Shown here piece after piece: positions 23,072-35,000 of a DNA stretch of 64,000 bases. The DNA is taken from contig NC_135813.1 in NCBI RefSeq assembly GCF_964213995.1, forward strand, positions 97,526,001-97,590,000, in the 5' to 3' direction. The notes under the pieces were generated by a model. It was not told the DNA's origin. It saw nothing but the letters and a program-made list of their open reading frames with translations, and did not search any database. The DNA comes from Mustelus asterias. Its lineage: Eukaryota. Position numbers and translations under genes: made by a program. Positions within the stretch are counted from its first letter, which is position 1, and each line of letters begins with the position of its first letter.

Positions 23072-23310
23072 CACAGAATCACAGAATACTACAGTGCAGA
23101 ACAGGCCCTTCGGCCCATTGAGTTTGCACCAATGCATGAAATGCCCTGACCTGCCCACCTAATCCCACTTGCCAGCACTTGGCCCGTAGCCTTGAATGTT
23201 ATGACGTGCCAAGTACTCATCCAGGTACTTTTTAAAGGATGTGAGGCATCCCGCCTCCACCACGACCCCCCCCCCCCCCCCGCCCACCCGCCCCAGGCAG
23301 TGCATTCCAG
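23072..23310 (-). mobile_element. CR1-type LINE 3' end
   Basis: (CACAGAAT)n tail followed by the reverse complement of a CR1 3'UTR and ORF2 end. Confidence 0.7.
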
Positions 23311-24235
23311 ATTCTGATCATTGACTTTGTATTACTTCAGTTCAAATGAATCTTGTCTGATCATTGGTCTAAAACGTGGTTTGTTACCCTTAGAGATTCT
23401 TCTGAAGGGTGAGGCTAATAATGATCCAGTCCCTAATGAGGTCACAGCTCCAAACTGGTCTCTCATTCAGGACAATTCACTTCCTCACTTAAAGAGACAA
23501 TGAGTTAGCTGTTAAAGCAATCCCAAAAACGTCTCGCTGTGGAGAAGGGGCAAACATTCCCCGTATAAACATCAGAAAAATATCAACAAGGATTATCTTC
23601 CTATTTCATTTTAAAATAACTGTTACAGGTAATTGCTTTAGCCTGAATGTGATCTCAGAGAAATGTTTGTGTTCAGCATTGGAATAATTTAATCTGGCTG
23701 CTTCATGTTTTACAACAACAAAGGATATCAGGACTACAATTTACTCCTGCTAAAATATCCAATGTGATTTGAAAATAAAACTGTTTATTTGTATAAAAAT
23801 AAGATGTGTGTTTATATGTGTCTGAATCATCGGTGGTTTTTCCTGAGTTACATCCGGGATCCATATCCAAACCCAGGTTTTGATGATTTACCCAACTGAG
23901 TGTTCGGGGGAGAATCAGCTGTGAATGGGACACCTCTGAACAATGTCCAAGAATCAGCACCGGCCCAGATTTTCCTCACTTTCATTTTATTAATTATATT
24001 GCACCGGTTGATCTTCTGATCCCCATCACATGACTGGCGGCATTTGGAATTCCCGACAGCAGCAGGCGCCAGGTTGGACCTGAAGGGAAAATGTGGAAAA
24101 TGGCCAAAAGTCAGTTTCCCGCTGGTGGGACACAAGTTGGCAATTTTCCAAACCCAACGTTCATGTTGGATTGGGTAGCCCACTGCACCATGTTAGGAAT
24201 TGTATTTGAATATCATGAAGACTCATTAATAAATT

Positions 24236-25421
24236 GGCGGCATGGTGGCACAGTGGTTAGCACTGCTGCTTCACAGAGCCAGGGACCCGGATTTGATTCC
24301 CGACTTGGGTCACTGTCTGTGCAGAGTCTTCATGTTCTTCCCGTGTCTGCGTGCGTTTCCTCCGGGTGCTCCGGTTTCCTCTCACAGTACGGATGATGTG
24401 CTGGTTAGGTGCATTGGTCGTGCTAAATTCTCCTTCAGTGTACCCGAACAGGCGCCGGAGTGAGGCGACTAGAGGATTTTCACATCGAAACATAGAAAAT
24501 AGGTGCAGGAGTGAGCCTGCACCACCATTCAATATGATCATGGCTGATCATGTACTTCCAGTGTCCCTCTACCCCTTGATCCCTTTAGCCACAAGAGCCA
24601 CGTCCAGCTCCCTCTTGAACATATTTAACGAACTGGCCCCAACAGCTTTCTGTGGTAGAGAATTCCACAGGTTCACAACTCTCTGAGTGAAGAAGTTCTT
24701 CCTCATCTCAGTCCTGAATGGCTTACCCCTTATTCTTAGACTGTGCTCCTAGTTCTGGACTTTCCCAACATTGGGAACATTCTTCCCGCATCTAGCCTAT
24801 CCAGTCCCATCAGGATTCTAAATGTTTCTCTGAGTTCCACTTTCATTCTTCTAAATTCCAGTGAGTACAAGCCCAGTCAATGCAGTCTTTCTTCATATGT
24901 CAGTCCTTCCTTTCTAGGAATCAGTCTGGTGAACCTTCGCTAGACTCCCTCAATAGCAAAAATGTCCTTCCTCAGACTAGAAGACCAAAACTGCACACAA
25001 TACTCAATGTGTGGCCTCTCCAAGGCCTTGTGTAACTGCAGCAAGACATCCTTACTACTGCACTCAAATCCTCTTGCTATGAAGGCCAGCATGCCATTAG
25101 CTTTCCTCACCACCTGCTGTACCTGCATGCCAACCTTCAGCGACGATTCCACCATGACACCCAGGCCATGTTGCACTTCCCCTTTTCCTAAACTGCCACC
25201 ATTCAGATAATAATCTTCCTTCCAGTTTTTGCCACCAAAGTGGATAACCTCACATTTATCCACATTATATTGTAGTTACCCACTCAGCCAGCCTGTCCAA
25301 ATCACCCTGCAGCCTCTTAGCATCCTCCTCACAGCACACACTGCCACCCAGCTTAGTGTTGGCTGCAATTTGGAAATCATTGCAGTGTTGTCAGCCTACT
25401 TGTGACACTAATAAATAAACT
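24236..25421 (+). mobile_element. V-SINE (tail type B) split by a CR1 insertion
   Basis: Head and V-domain at 24236-24483; tail CATTGCAGTGTT...CACTAATAAATAAAC resumes at ~25378. Confidence 0.75.
24487..25370 (-). mobile_element. CR1 LINE 3' part (RT C-terminus)
   Basis: KCEVIHFGGKN...KANGMLAFIARG...RPHIEYCVQFWS (ORF 24940-25263). Confidence 0.9.
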
Positions 25422-25934
25422 TTAAAGCAGCTGGTCACAATCACACCCACACTCGACATCACTTCACTCTTGGCCTATAATTACATTCACCAGATGGTCA
25501 TTGCATTGAGTTCACGGCTGTTCAGGTAAGACCAGCGGCAACTCAAAGTGGAGTCAGAGTCTAGGCCTACCATGTGAAGCGAGTGGGGAGGTGGCCGGAT
25601 TGGAAGGTACAGGAGGGCAAAGGGTTGATTGGGTTGGAGTGTGGGACAAGGGAGAGGAAAGGGAAGGTGCTGTGGGTGGGAGGAGGGGATTGTAGTTGAG
25701 GTGGTGAGGGCAGGAGGAGATAATCATGAGAGTAGTGGAGGGAGGGGACCTGCTGATCCAGTCAGGGCCCGAGAGCAGAGCCAGTCCTGTGGATCTGCGC
25801 CTCAGTTTAAATGGCTGTGCTAGGAACACCTCTCCAGGACCCAGTCAGAGGAAGCAGAGGGCCTGTTAGTCCTGTGACAGTCCTGCCCAACCTGATGCAC
25901 AGGCCGTGGTCCCTCCTGTGGGCTGCTCGCAGTG

Positions 25935-26380
25935 CCAGTGGTTTGCCACAACAGCAACATGTGGGAGCTTGTGGAGAGCATTGCAATCGCAGACAACCAC
26001 ATCCACAAAGTGTCTGAATCTCAAGGAAGTTCGACTTTGGAGTTGTTGAGCTGCAGTCTGAGATGCAGACATTGTGGGGAATCACAAAGGGAGGAACTTA
26101 CCTGGACACCTTATCCAGGAAACAATCTCACTCCTTGGGTTAGGTGCTGGTTCAGATCTAGAGAGTGATTAGGGACAGGACAGTGTGACTGGGGGTCAGG
26201 GTGGTCTGGAGAACCCAGGCGCAAAGTAACAAATAGGGATTTATACACCATAGGGCGATGCTGCAGTGCTGGGAACCACAGCCATTGCCCTTAACCAACA
26301 GACACGAGGTTCCTGCTGTCCTGTGTGCATGAGGGCAAAGTCGGGCAGATGAGAAAACACACCACAGCACCGTGGTTGGA
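25935..26380 (+). mobile_element. Old CR1 ORF1-like fragment; empty site of the Harbinger insertions
   Basis: CHNSNMWELVESIAIADNH..., contiguous here but split by the Harbinger at 32021-37888 and 46105-49721. Confidence 0.55.
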
Positions 26381-26784
26381 AAAATGTTGGAACGTCAAAT
26401 TATTATCAGAAAGAGTCGAGATTTAGCCCTTTGAACCTGCTCTGCCAGTCAGCGAGGTCATTGCTGATCTACCTGACTCCACCTTCCCATACTCTCCCCA
26501 TAGCCCACAAAAACCAACTCCAACACTCAACTCAGACACACGCTGCGGGATTTTACGGCCCCGCTCGTCCCAAAACCGTAAAATCCCACCTGAGATCAAT
26601 GACCCATCCCATGATCCGCCACTCGCCCGATCTGATTCCCATGGTGGGCGGGGTGGTGTGGCCAAAACAGGTTTTTCCCTCTCCGCAACCTGTACAAAAC
26701 TTAAATCATAGAATTCACATCAGTGTTGGCAATGTGGAGATGCCATGATGCTACCAGCCACAACACTGTAAAACCTTCCCTGTC

Positions 26785-27026
26785 AGGGGGTCGGTTAAGC
26801 TCAGTTGGTTGGATAGCTGATTTGTGATGTGTGAGCGACAGGTTCAATTCCCACACCGGCTGAGGTTATTTTTGAAGCTCCACTATCTCAGCTTTGCTTC
26901 TCATCTGCGCTGTGGTGAACCTCAGGTTAAATCACAAGTCAGCTTCCACCTCCCCCCGCCCACCGTCCCCCACAGACTCAAAGGGGAGCACAGTCTATCG
27001 TCAACTGGAATTACAGTGACTTTATT
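26785..27026 (+). mobile_element. tRNA-derived SINE, second family
   Basis: AAGCTCAGTTGG...GGTTCAATTCC; same body as 3230-3452. Confidence 0.65.
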
Positions 27027-27541
27027 TATGGTTAGGCTGACACAGTTAGTATCAAATCAAAACAATGCCTTTCACCATAGGGCCTGAGTCAGGATGGCTG
27101 AGTGACTCTGAAACATTACATGGTAAATGTTTGCTAATTTGCATCCCAGTAAGTTTCATGTTTACAATTTATGTAGCATCACGCCTTAAATATGTTACTC
27201 CATTCTTAAAGTTACAAAGCCAATGCTCAGAATGGACCGGGGAAACCCAAATCCATTCCTTACTTGTTTCAAAAACCAAAGTCAAATTCCTATTAATAAT
27301 GGCTTATCAAGCAGGTCAGTTTTTATCTATATATAAATGCTGTGTACTGAGTCTTGTATTAAAACAAAGATTGTTTTAAAAAGAAAACATTGGGGTGAGA
27401 TGAGATTTCTCAGAGTAATAAGTGCTCTGAGGACCCGGGGATTGGGGGTCGGGGTGTGGGGGCCGGGAGAGGGGGAGGGGGTGCGCAGTATCGCATCAAT
27501 CCGCACCGCCCCAATCATTGCTCGGCTGGAGATGGTCTGCA

Positions 27542-27760
27542 GGAAATGGAAAGTGAAACTGATCAGAGGCTGTTTGCTGTCAGCAACAACACAGCTCCCC
27601 GGCTGAGGGTGCGATAATTTGTCAGACACTGAGGGGATTTTTCGGAAATTGAAACTCGAGTTCAGATATATATTTTTATAACAGAGCCGGAGAATGTTGG
27701 GCAATCAGGGAGCAGCAAGGCTGTGACGTTCGGAAACAGGCTCTGAGAATAAAAGGGGGA
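27542..27760 (+). promoter_or_regulatory. ISG15-like copy 1 promoter: two ISREs, CRE half-site, TATA-like sites
   Basis: GGAAATGGAAAGTGAAACT at 27542-27560, GGAAATTGAAACT at 27644-27656, TGACG at ~27724. Confidence 0.8.
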
Positions 27761-27774
27761 GGAAGGGAGCCAGA

Positions 27775-27967
27775 GACACTCGCAGACAGAATAGTTTCAC
27801 ACAGAAGCGACGGAGCAACATCCAGAGCAGCAGAAGCAAAGAGTTTTATTCACATATTCTCCAGATCTGAGAGTCGGTGTGAAGATAAACAGAGAAGACT
27901 AACTGCGCAGAAACAGAGCATCAGAAAATATTCTGCAGTTTAACTTTCCTGCACCTCTGCAAATACT
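27775..27967 (+). other. ISG15-like copy 1 non-coding exon 1 (intron 27968-29537)
   Basis: Donor GTGAGT at 27968; branch-like CACTGAC and acceptor TTTCTCAACAG ending 29537. Conserved in all three copies. TSS approximate. Confidence 0.7.
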
Positions 27968-28515
27968 GTGAGTTCATTCTGCTTTTGGTGGATTTTATTA
28001 TTTTATTTCTGGTGTGTAAATTGGTTTGTTCTGAATCTCAGTCGCGATTTATGATAAATTATTATACAAACCGGGTGGGAAAAAAATAAAGCAAAACATT
28101 TAAAATCTCAAACATGTTGGAGACAAAAATGTGAAATCGGATGTTATTTATTCCAAGGGAGGTTTTCCAATATTTGAAATCAATGCATTAAACATTGATT
28201 CACTCAAATTACAAAGGTCATGGCTTGTTTTTAATTAAAATAGTAAGAGGTTTGGGGTGAATTTCTGAGGCGGGTTCGGAATGGGTTACATTGAATCTCA
28301 CTCATGATTAAAGATACAATCTGATTTCAATGTGGGGACAGTGCATGAGAATATCATTGCAAATTGAAACAGCGAGAGAGATGTGAGTGAGATCAAACAT
28401 TTTTCTCTCCCCGGGTACATTTAGATTTTGGGCGGTCATTTTCATCTCGGTGCGGCATTTAAAACAAACTGAATTCTGATGGAACTCTTCACAACAATTT
28501 CATCATTTGTTATTG

Positions 28516-28822
28516 GGGCGGCAAGGTGGCACAGTGCCAGGGACCAGAGTTCAATTCCGGCCTCGGGTCACTGTCTGTGTGGAGTTTGAACGTACTCCTC
28601 GTGTCTGCAGGGCTTCCTCCGGATGCTCTGGTTTCCTCCCACACTTCGAAGATGTGCAGATTAGGTTGATTGGCCATGATAAATTGTCCCTTAGTGTAAG
28701 GGGTAATTAGCAGGGTAAATACATGGGGTTAGGCAGATATGGCCTGGGTGAGAGAGTTGTTGATGCAGGCTCGATGGGCCAAATGGCCTCCTTCTGCACT
28801 GGAGGGATTCTATGATTCTATG
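28516..28822 (+). mobile_element. V-SINE in ISG15-like copy 1 intron
   Basis: V-domain and GATTCTATGATTCTAT tail; same insertion at 42600. Confidence 0.8.
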
Positions 28823-29549
28823 AACATCCAACACTTTAATCGTTCCAGGTGTAGAGACCTCTGCTGTTAGTTTATTAAGGATGATGAGCACTTCTGAGAA
28901 TTAAACGCCTTCATTCACAGCTCATGCCAGACGGTTTATTTAAGTCACTCTTGTGACATAAAGCAAGATTTAAGAATGTGGGAAGGCTGGGAAAGGGTTT
29001 TGTGAAGAGTGGGATCATTATCAGTTCTTCCAGTTCCCGCAAAGTATTCACCCCTGAAATGTTTACACATCTCAGTTTGGGTTCTGCTAGGATCACCACT
29101 GAATTCCACATCTCGGTGCAACTTGGTCCAAACATGGACTTAAGAATTAAATCGAGAGGTGAGAGTTACTGCTCTTGACAGCAAGGTAGTATTTGACCAA
29201 GTGTGGCCTCATGGCCCTGGTACCACATCGCCACCGGCTGCTCAGTATGTTCAGCGGTCCATGGCTTTGATGTATTGCTCCACTTGGGAATAAAACATTG
29301 AAAGGAAGTCAGATTGAGTTGGGAATACAGTCAGTGCGAATTGCACAATATATTCTTTCCCTAGATTCTGTAACTGTCTGGACAATACATTGCATGTTCA
29401 AAATAGTATTATGTGACTGATCACAATACGCAACATCTTTGATTTGATTTATTATTGTCACATGTATTAGTATCCAGTGAAAAGTATTGTTTCTTGCGCG
29501 CTAGACAGACACTGACATTTAGTCCATTTCTCAACAGAAATTTGACAAG

Positions 29550-30017
29550 ATGAGACTCCAGGTGAAGTTTATGACCGGTGAGATTGTTGAACTTGAGGTC
29601 AACCCTTCCATCCAAGTCTCGGCTCTCAAGAAGATGATCTATGAAAAAACCAAGGTGCCCCATTTCCGTCAGCGCCTGATGGTTCAAAACGGAAACACGG
29701 TGGTTTTGAGAGATGACAAGCGGCTGTCTGACTACAGTGTCTCCCCCAGCAATGCTGTCATGCTGATTGTCACCAATGAGGAGCGCATGCAGATATTCCT
29801 GAAGAATGAGAAGGGGAAAATATCTACATATGACGTTCTTCCCTCGGAGTCTGTTCAGGATTTTAAAGCACGCGTACAGCGACAGGAGCGTGTCCCAACC
29901 GATCAGCAGCGTCTGATGTACGAGGGGAAACAGCTGGAGGATGGCCGCACACTCGCTGACTACAATATTCAGTCTGAAAGCACCATCTTCCTTATGCTAC
30001 GTCTGCGAGGTGGTTAA
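29550..30017 (+). CDS. ISG15: ISG15-like di-ubiquitin protein, copy 1 (155 aa)
   Basis: Two UBL domains, C-terminal LRLRGG directly followed by stop, single coding exon, ISRE promoter, AATAAA at 30939 and 31126. Confidence 0.9.
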   Translation: MRLQVKFMTGEIVELEVNPSIQVSALKKMIYEKTKVPHFRQRLMVQNGNTVVLRDDKRLSDYSVSPSNAVMLIVTNEERMQIFLKNEKGKISTYDVLPSESVQDFKARVQRQERVPTDQQRLMYEGKQLEDGRTLADYNIQSESTIFLMLRLRGG

Positions 30018-30269
30018 CTGCTTCAGCACCAATATGGAATTAGTGAAAAATGTTACACAAGAACTAGCATAAAGCCTGTTGTACTTTTCACAATGTTTCA
30101 ATCTGTGAGGTTCTGGGTCTCAGACAGTAATTTTAATTGGAGCTGTGACTGTCACTCTTGGCTTGTTTGATTTATAACATGGGGATGTTTGTGTATATGT
30201 TGGTGCCTGTCTACCAAGCAGGTCACTGCCTGCACTCATCGTCTACAGGAGATGTGTTAGGTAAAGCAT

Positions 30270-30616
30270 GGGTGGCACGGTAGCACAGCGGTTAGCACTG
30301 CTGCTTCACAGCTCCAGGGACCTGGGTTTGATTCCCAGCTTGGGTCACTGTGTGGAGTTTGCACATTCCCCTTGTGTCTGTGTGGCTTTCCTCTGGGTGC
30401 TCCGGTTTCCTCCCACAGTGCAAAGATGTGCGGGTTAGGTTGATTGGCCATGCTAAAAATTGCCCTTAATGTCCTGAGATGCGTAGGGTAGAGGGATTAG
30501 TGGGTAAATGTGTAGGGATATGGGGGTAGGGCCGGGGTGGGATTGTGGTCGGTGCAGACTCGATGGGCCGAATGGCCTCTTTCTGTACTGTAGGGTTTCT
30601 ATGATTTCTATTCTAT
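30270..30616 (+). mobile_element. V-SINE in 3'UTR of ISG15-like copy 1
   Basis: Full V-SINE flanked by AAAGCA direct repeat; empty site at ~61568 in copy 3. Confidence 0.85.
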
Positions 30617-32020
30617 GAAAGCAGGGGAGGGTATCTTTAAAACAGAAAAATATTTTTATTTTATAAATGAGGCCAAAGGCGACAAAACCTTTTCCTTTGG
30701 GATATGAATTCAGTTTAGGCCCAAACTCACTCAAGTCTGCTGCTTGTGGGAATCGTCTGTGAAACAGGTTGTGTGAGCGTCAGTGTTAACCTAATGTATG
30801 TGTGCTCACAGCATAAACATGATTCCAGTTCTAATTCTCACTCAGGCTGGTGCCACAAGATGGTTAATATGAGAAATGGGACACTTCTTGTTGTGGGGCA
30901 TGGAAACCTACTGTATATAATGGATGGATAAAATGCTGAATAAAACTTTTCTCAGTTCACAGTGATGTTAAATATCCTGCGAGTATTCCTTTAGTCTCAC
31001 TTCATGTGAGTAGATGTGTTTGTGTTCAAAATAGAAATGATTTAGTCAGAGTGCTTTGTCCATTGCAATAACATTATATATGGCTTGGACTGTTCATTTT
31101 GTTATCATGTGCAATCTTACTTGAAAATAAAGCTGTTTCTTAAATTATAATGCAGTTGAGTTGTTTTTTGCCTGGTGAACATTTGTAAATTGGCACTGTC
31201 TGTGAACCTGTGTATCTTACATCAGAGATCCAAAGTTCAAACCATTTTCAGATGATTTCTCCGAACCAAGAGTTGAAAGGAAACTACACTGACTGATACA
31301 CTGAGGACTCACTATGGTCTGGGTTGAGATTAGCCTCAGTGCATTGAGACAATAGTAACAATATCTAGGAACCGAATTAAGAGACACACAAAGGGCACAG
31401 ATCAATTTCAGTATTGCTATTTGCCACTTGGCTGCAGCTGCTTCCTGTGTGATGTTCAGTTCGTACAAGATCCCACACGGGGGTATCCCGTACGTGTAAG
31501 CTATAAATCAACTCTATTCTGAGGTCTAAGGTGTGGTCAGATACATCACTGGATTTTAATGGCAGTGATTTTACACTCAAGGAAGTGTTGGTTTGAGAGG
31601 CAGGTCTCCTGTGATTGTAAGAAGGGTGAGGTCTCGAGTGGAATGCGTAAAAAAAGAGGTTAAGGCTGAGATTGGAATGGGGTGGAGCAGGGGAAAAGGA
31701 CGTGAACAAGGTCGGAGAGGGCAGAGTTAGAAATGGACAAACTGTGAGTCTGTGAGGAAACAATCACAAAGTGGTGTCTCAGCACAAGGAGGGAATGAGC
31801 AACTTTCAAATAAATAACACACCAAAACTTCCAACTATATCGTGCACTTATATTAAAAACCAAAAAATACAAGCTAAATTGAATAGAGGAAAGAAACTTT
31901 AATGAATTAAGTGAGTAAAACAGGGTTAGGCAGAGAGGGCAGTGTAAGTGCTTTGTCACAACAGCAGCATGTGGGAGTTTGTGGGCAGCATTGCAATTGC
32001 AGACAACCACACACAGGAAC

Positions 32021-35000
32021 GGCCCTATTTTACCATTTTGATTCTAAATACTGGGTGGACTTGAAACTGGGAGTGTTTCAGATCCGACTTTTAGACCCGT
32101 TCTCAGGCGCCCCCATACACACACTGCCTGAAAAAATATCAGCGAGTCCAAATCATACTACACAAACCTGTGGATGGGGCTTAACGCACCCGACACCCTG
32201 CAGCTCCGATCGGCGCCTCCGGACTCCGATGGCTGTGTGACACCTCCCTCTCTCTCCCCTGTCCCCAATCATTGAGGCACTGATCCACCCCCTCATCAGC
32301 ACACCTGCAAGTTCTCACTTGCCTTCCCCTCGATGCTAACAAGCAAACTGTAAGTTACTTGCTGGAATGCTCTGCCAAACTGCCTGCATCTGATCTGCCC
32401 TAACGAGGGGCAGCTCCATAAAAAACTCAAGAATGGACAGGCACGCAATACAGGACAATGTGCGCATGACCAGCACCCTCCTCCCCCCCCCTGTTTTTCT
32501 GAGGGCGATTTGGGCAGGCTACTGGATGCAGCAGAGGGAAGGCAGGACACCCTCTTCCCCCCAGGAGGACGCAGACCCAGGATTCTGATGGAAATGTGGC
32601 CTGGGAGGCTGTCACCACCTCAGTCAGTGCCAGGGCACTGACCCCCCGAAACAGGAAGCAGTGCTGGAAAAAGGTCAATGACCTCACCCGGGCAGCAAGG
32701 GTGAGTGCTGAACCCCATCTTACATCTTTCCCCAAATCTCCCCCAGATCCTCCCATCCCCAGCACCCTGCATGCTTCCAGCTCCTGTCCCCCAAGCACCT
32801 CCTTCCTTTCCCCCCCCCAAGAGCCCCACTGTGCTTGCCCTCGAAGGGCCACAATCTGATACTCTGCAAGAGTCACGCCATTATTTCTTTCATGGCTCCT
32901 TCTGTCTCCACAGGAGAAGACCGACCATAACACCCATGAGAAGGCAAAAACAGGGGGTGGTGAGCCAACCTCTGGATCCTCACCCCCTCTGAAGAGTGGG
33001 CACTGGAGTTCTCAAGGGAAGGGGGGATGCGGGCTGTCAGCAACAGCACGGTCGGGCTGCCATCAAGATGTCAGCACCTGTCATTCCTCCACTCACTTTG
33101 AGGCAACGTCTCAGGGGCATGCGCTTTGGGTGCGAAGGGCAAGGTTTAAAAGAGATCCATGAGGCATGTTTATTTGCACAGGGAGGGTAGTGGGTGCCTG
33201 GAACTCGCTGCTGGGGGAGTTCACGGAGTCCAATACAATAGTGACCATTAGGGGGCGTCTTTACAGATACATGAATGAGATTGGAATAGAGACATATGGT
33301 CCCCGGAAGGTTAGGGCGTAACAAATCAGATGGGGAGCCTGGTCGCTGCAGGTTTGGAGGGCCAAAGTGCCTGTTCCTGTGATGTAATTTTCTTTGTGCC
33401 TGGTTCTATGTTCAATGGAGAAATGTGATTCACATGTTTTGCATCCCGGATTCCTCTCCCTCCCTTGCATTTAACCTTGTGTCCTGTGTTGCAGGGACAG
33501 AACCGGGTGCCCCAGGATCTTCTGGACTACAGGCCCCTGCTGCAGCTCCTGCCCATCCTGTTCAGGACAGCTCGGACGGGTCCACGGACGATATGGGTGA
33601 AGGGACATCCGTGTGGCACCGTTTTGGCGTCAGCTTCCACCTCACAACTCACAATCCCAGATACTGACACGTCGGTTGGTCCAGTTAGTTGTGGGGCTTC
33701 TGGGTCATTCTCTGGTGAGCACGGCACATCTGCTGATGTACATCGGGTGGAGGAGGGAATGTCCGAGGCCTCTGGCACACGGGGGCCTGCTGGAGGCGAG
33801 GACTCAGCTGGCTCCAGGCTACAGGCTGGGCCTCTGAGATCACTTCTCCCTCAGCTGCTGGAGATGCAGCAACAGAGCCAGGGAATGCAGGAGGGGCTGA
33901 CGGCCACACTGGGCCAACTGAGAGGCTGCTGGGAGGAGTCCCAAAGCTTTCAGCGGATCAGCTGTTGCCCGTCCTGCGAGGTTCCCTGCAAGCGTAGCAT
34001 CTGCAATGGAAAGCCTGGGGCAAGGGATCCTCAACATGAGAAGCAGGCTCCAAGCGATGGCTGAGTCACAGCAGGCCACAGTTGAGGGACTGAACAGGCA
34101 TCTCAAGATTCTGCGGCCCATGGCTGAGAGACTCGAGAGCTTGCAGGAGACCCAGTGGGACAGCGCTGAGACACAGTGGGCTACGGCAGCAGCCCTTGAG
34201 AACATGGCCCATTGAGAGGGTCAGCCCTAGAGAGGGTCATGGTGAGGGGCTGCAGAGCGTGGCCCAGTCTACAAAGGGCACTTGCTGCGGCCATTGACAG
34301 GTGCCCCGGACCCCGGTGGCCATCGCAGAGGGCTCGACCACCATGGGTAGGACGCAGGTGATCCTCCATGACTGGCAGTGCCTGGTGATGCTGGAGCTTT
34401 TGGAGCTCACTGCGGAAGCACCGCCATCCCATGGAGTGATCTAGGTACCCACCGGAACCTCAAGTGAGGAGGAAGGGCTTGAGTCCATGCTGGGGCCTTC
34501 CAGCCAGGAGACTGTGGCTGTGGCTACACCTTCTGACTCCCCCCTTCCTGACACCGGGGCATCTCAGGGCCAGCAGGATGAAGATGGTGTCATGGAAAGA
34601 TCCCACACACCTGGAAGCCAGCCAGGGCCCTCAAGGTCCAGGGCCTCCAGAGAACACCCACCACGTGCATCACAGACAACGGGGCGAGGAAGGCAGTTGG
34701 CCCCCTCCACCTTCAATGTACATTTCGGGGAGTCACTGAGACGTAGCGATAGGCCACGTACGGTTAGGAAGTTGTTGTTGCACTGAGATAGCACAGGTGA
34801 AGGGCTGCACTAGTTAGAAAGATATTTAAGCACTTTAACGTTTTCTGTTCACAAGTTTTTATGTTAGAACATATTATTTAAAGACCGTTATTGCAATTAT
34901 TAAATGTTTTTTCACCATTACCTGTGACTAACTTGTCTCAGATTTGTCTCGAATAGGAATCCTCTTCCATTGAAGATCGCTGAGGGATGCTTCAAGTTGA

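Noticed and set aside
27065-27379. Repeated ~100-aa ORFs (MPFTIGPESGW...; also 41140 and 58190)
   Set aside because: Recurrence reflects recent segmental duplication; ends differ between copies and no domain is recognisable.
29550-30017. Polyubiquitin, FAT10/UBD or NEDD8 identity
   Set aside because: The UBLs are far diverged from ubiquitin with no internal GG; the LRLRGG end, ISRE promoter and single coding exon fit ISG15 best, although orthology still needs a tree.
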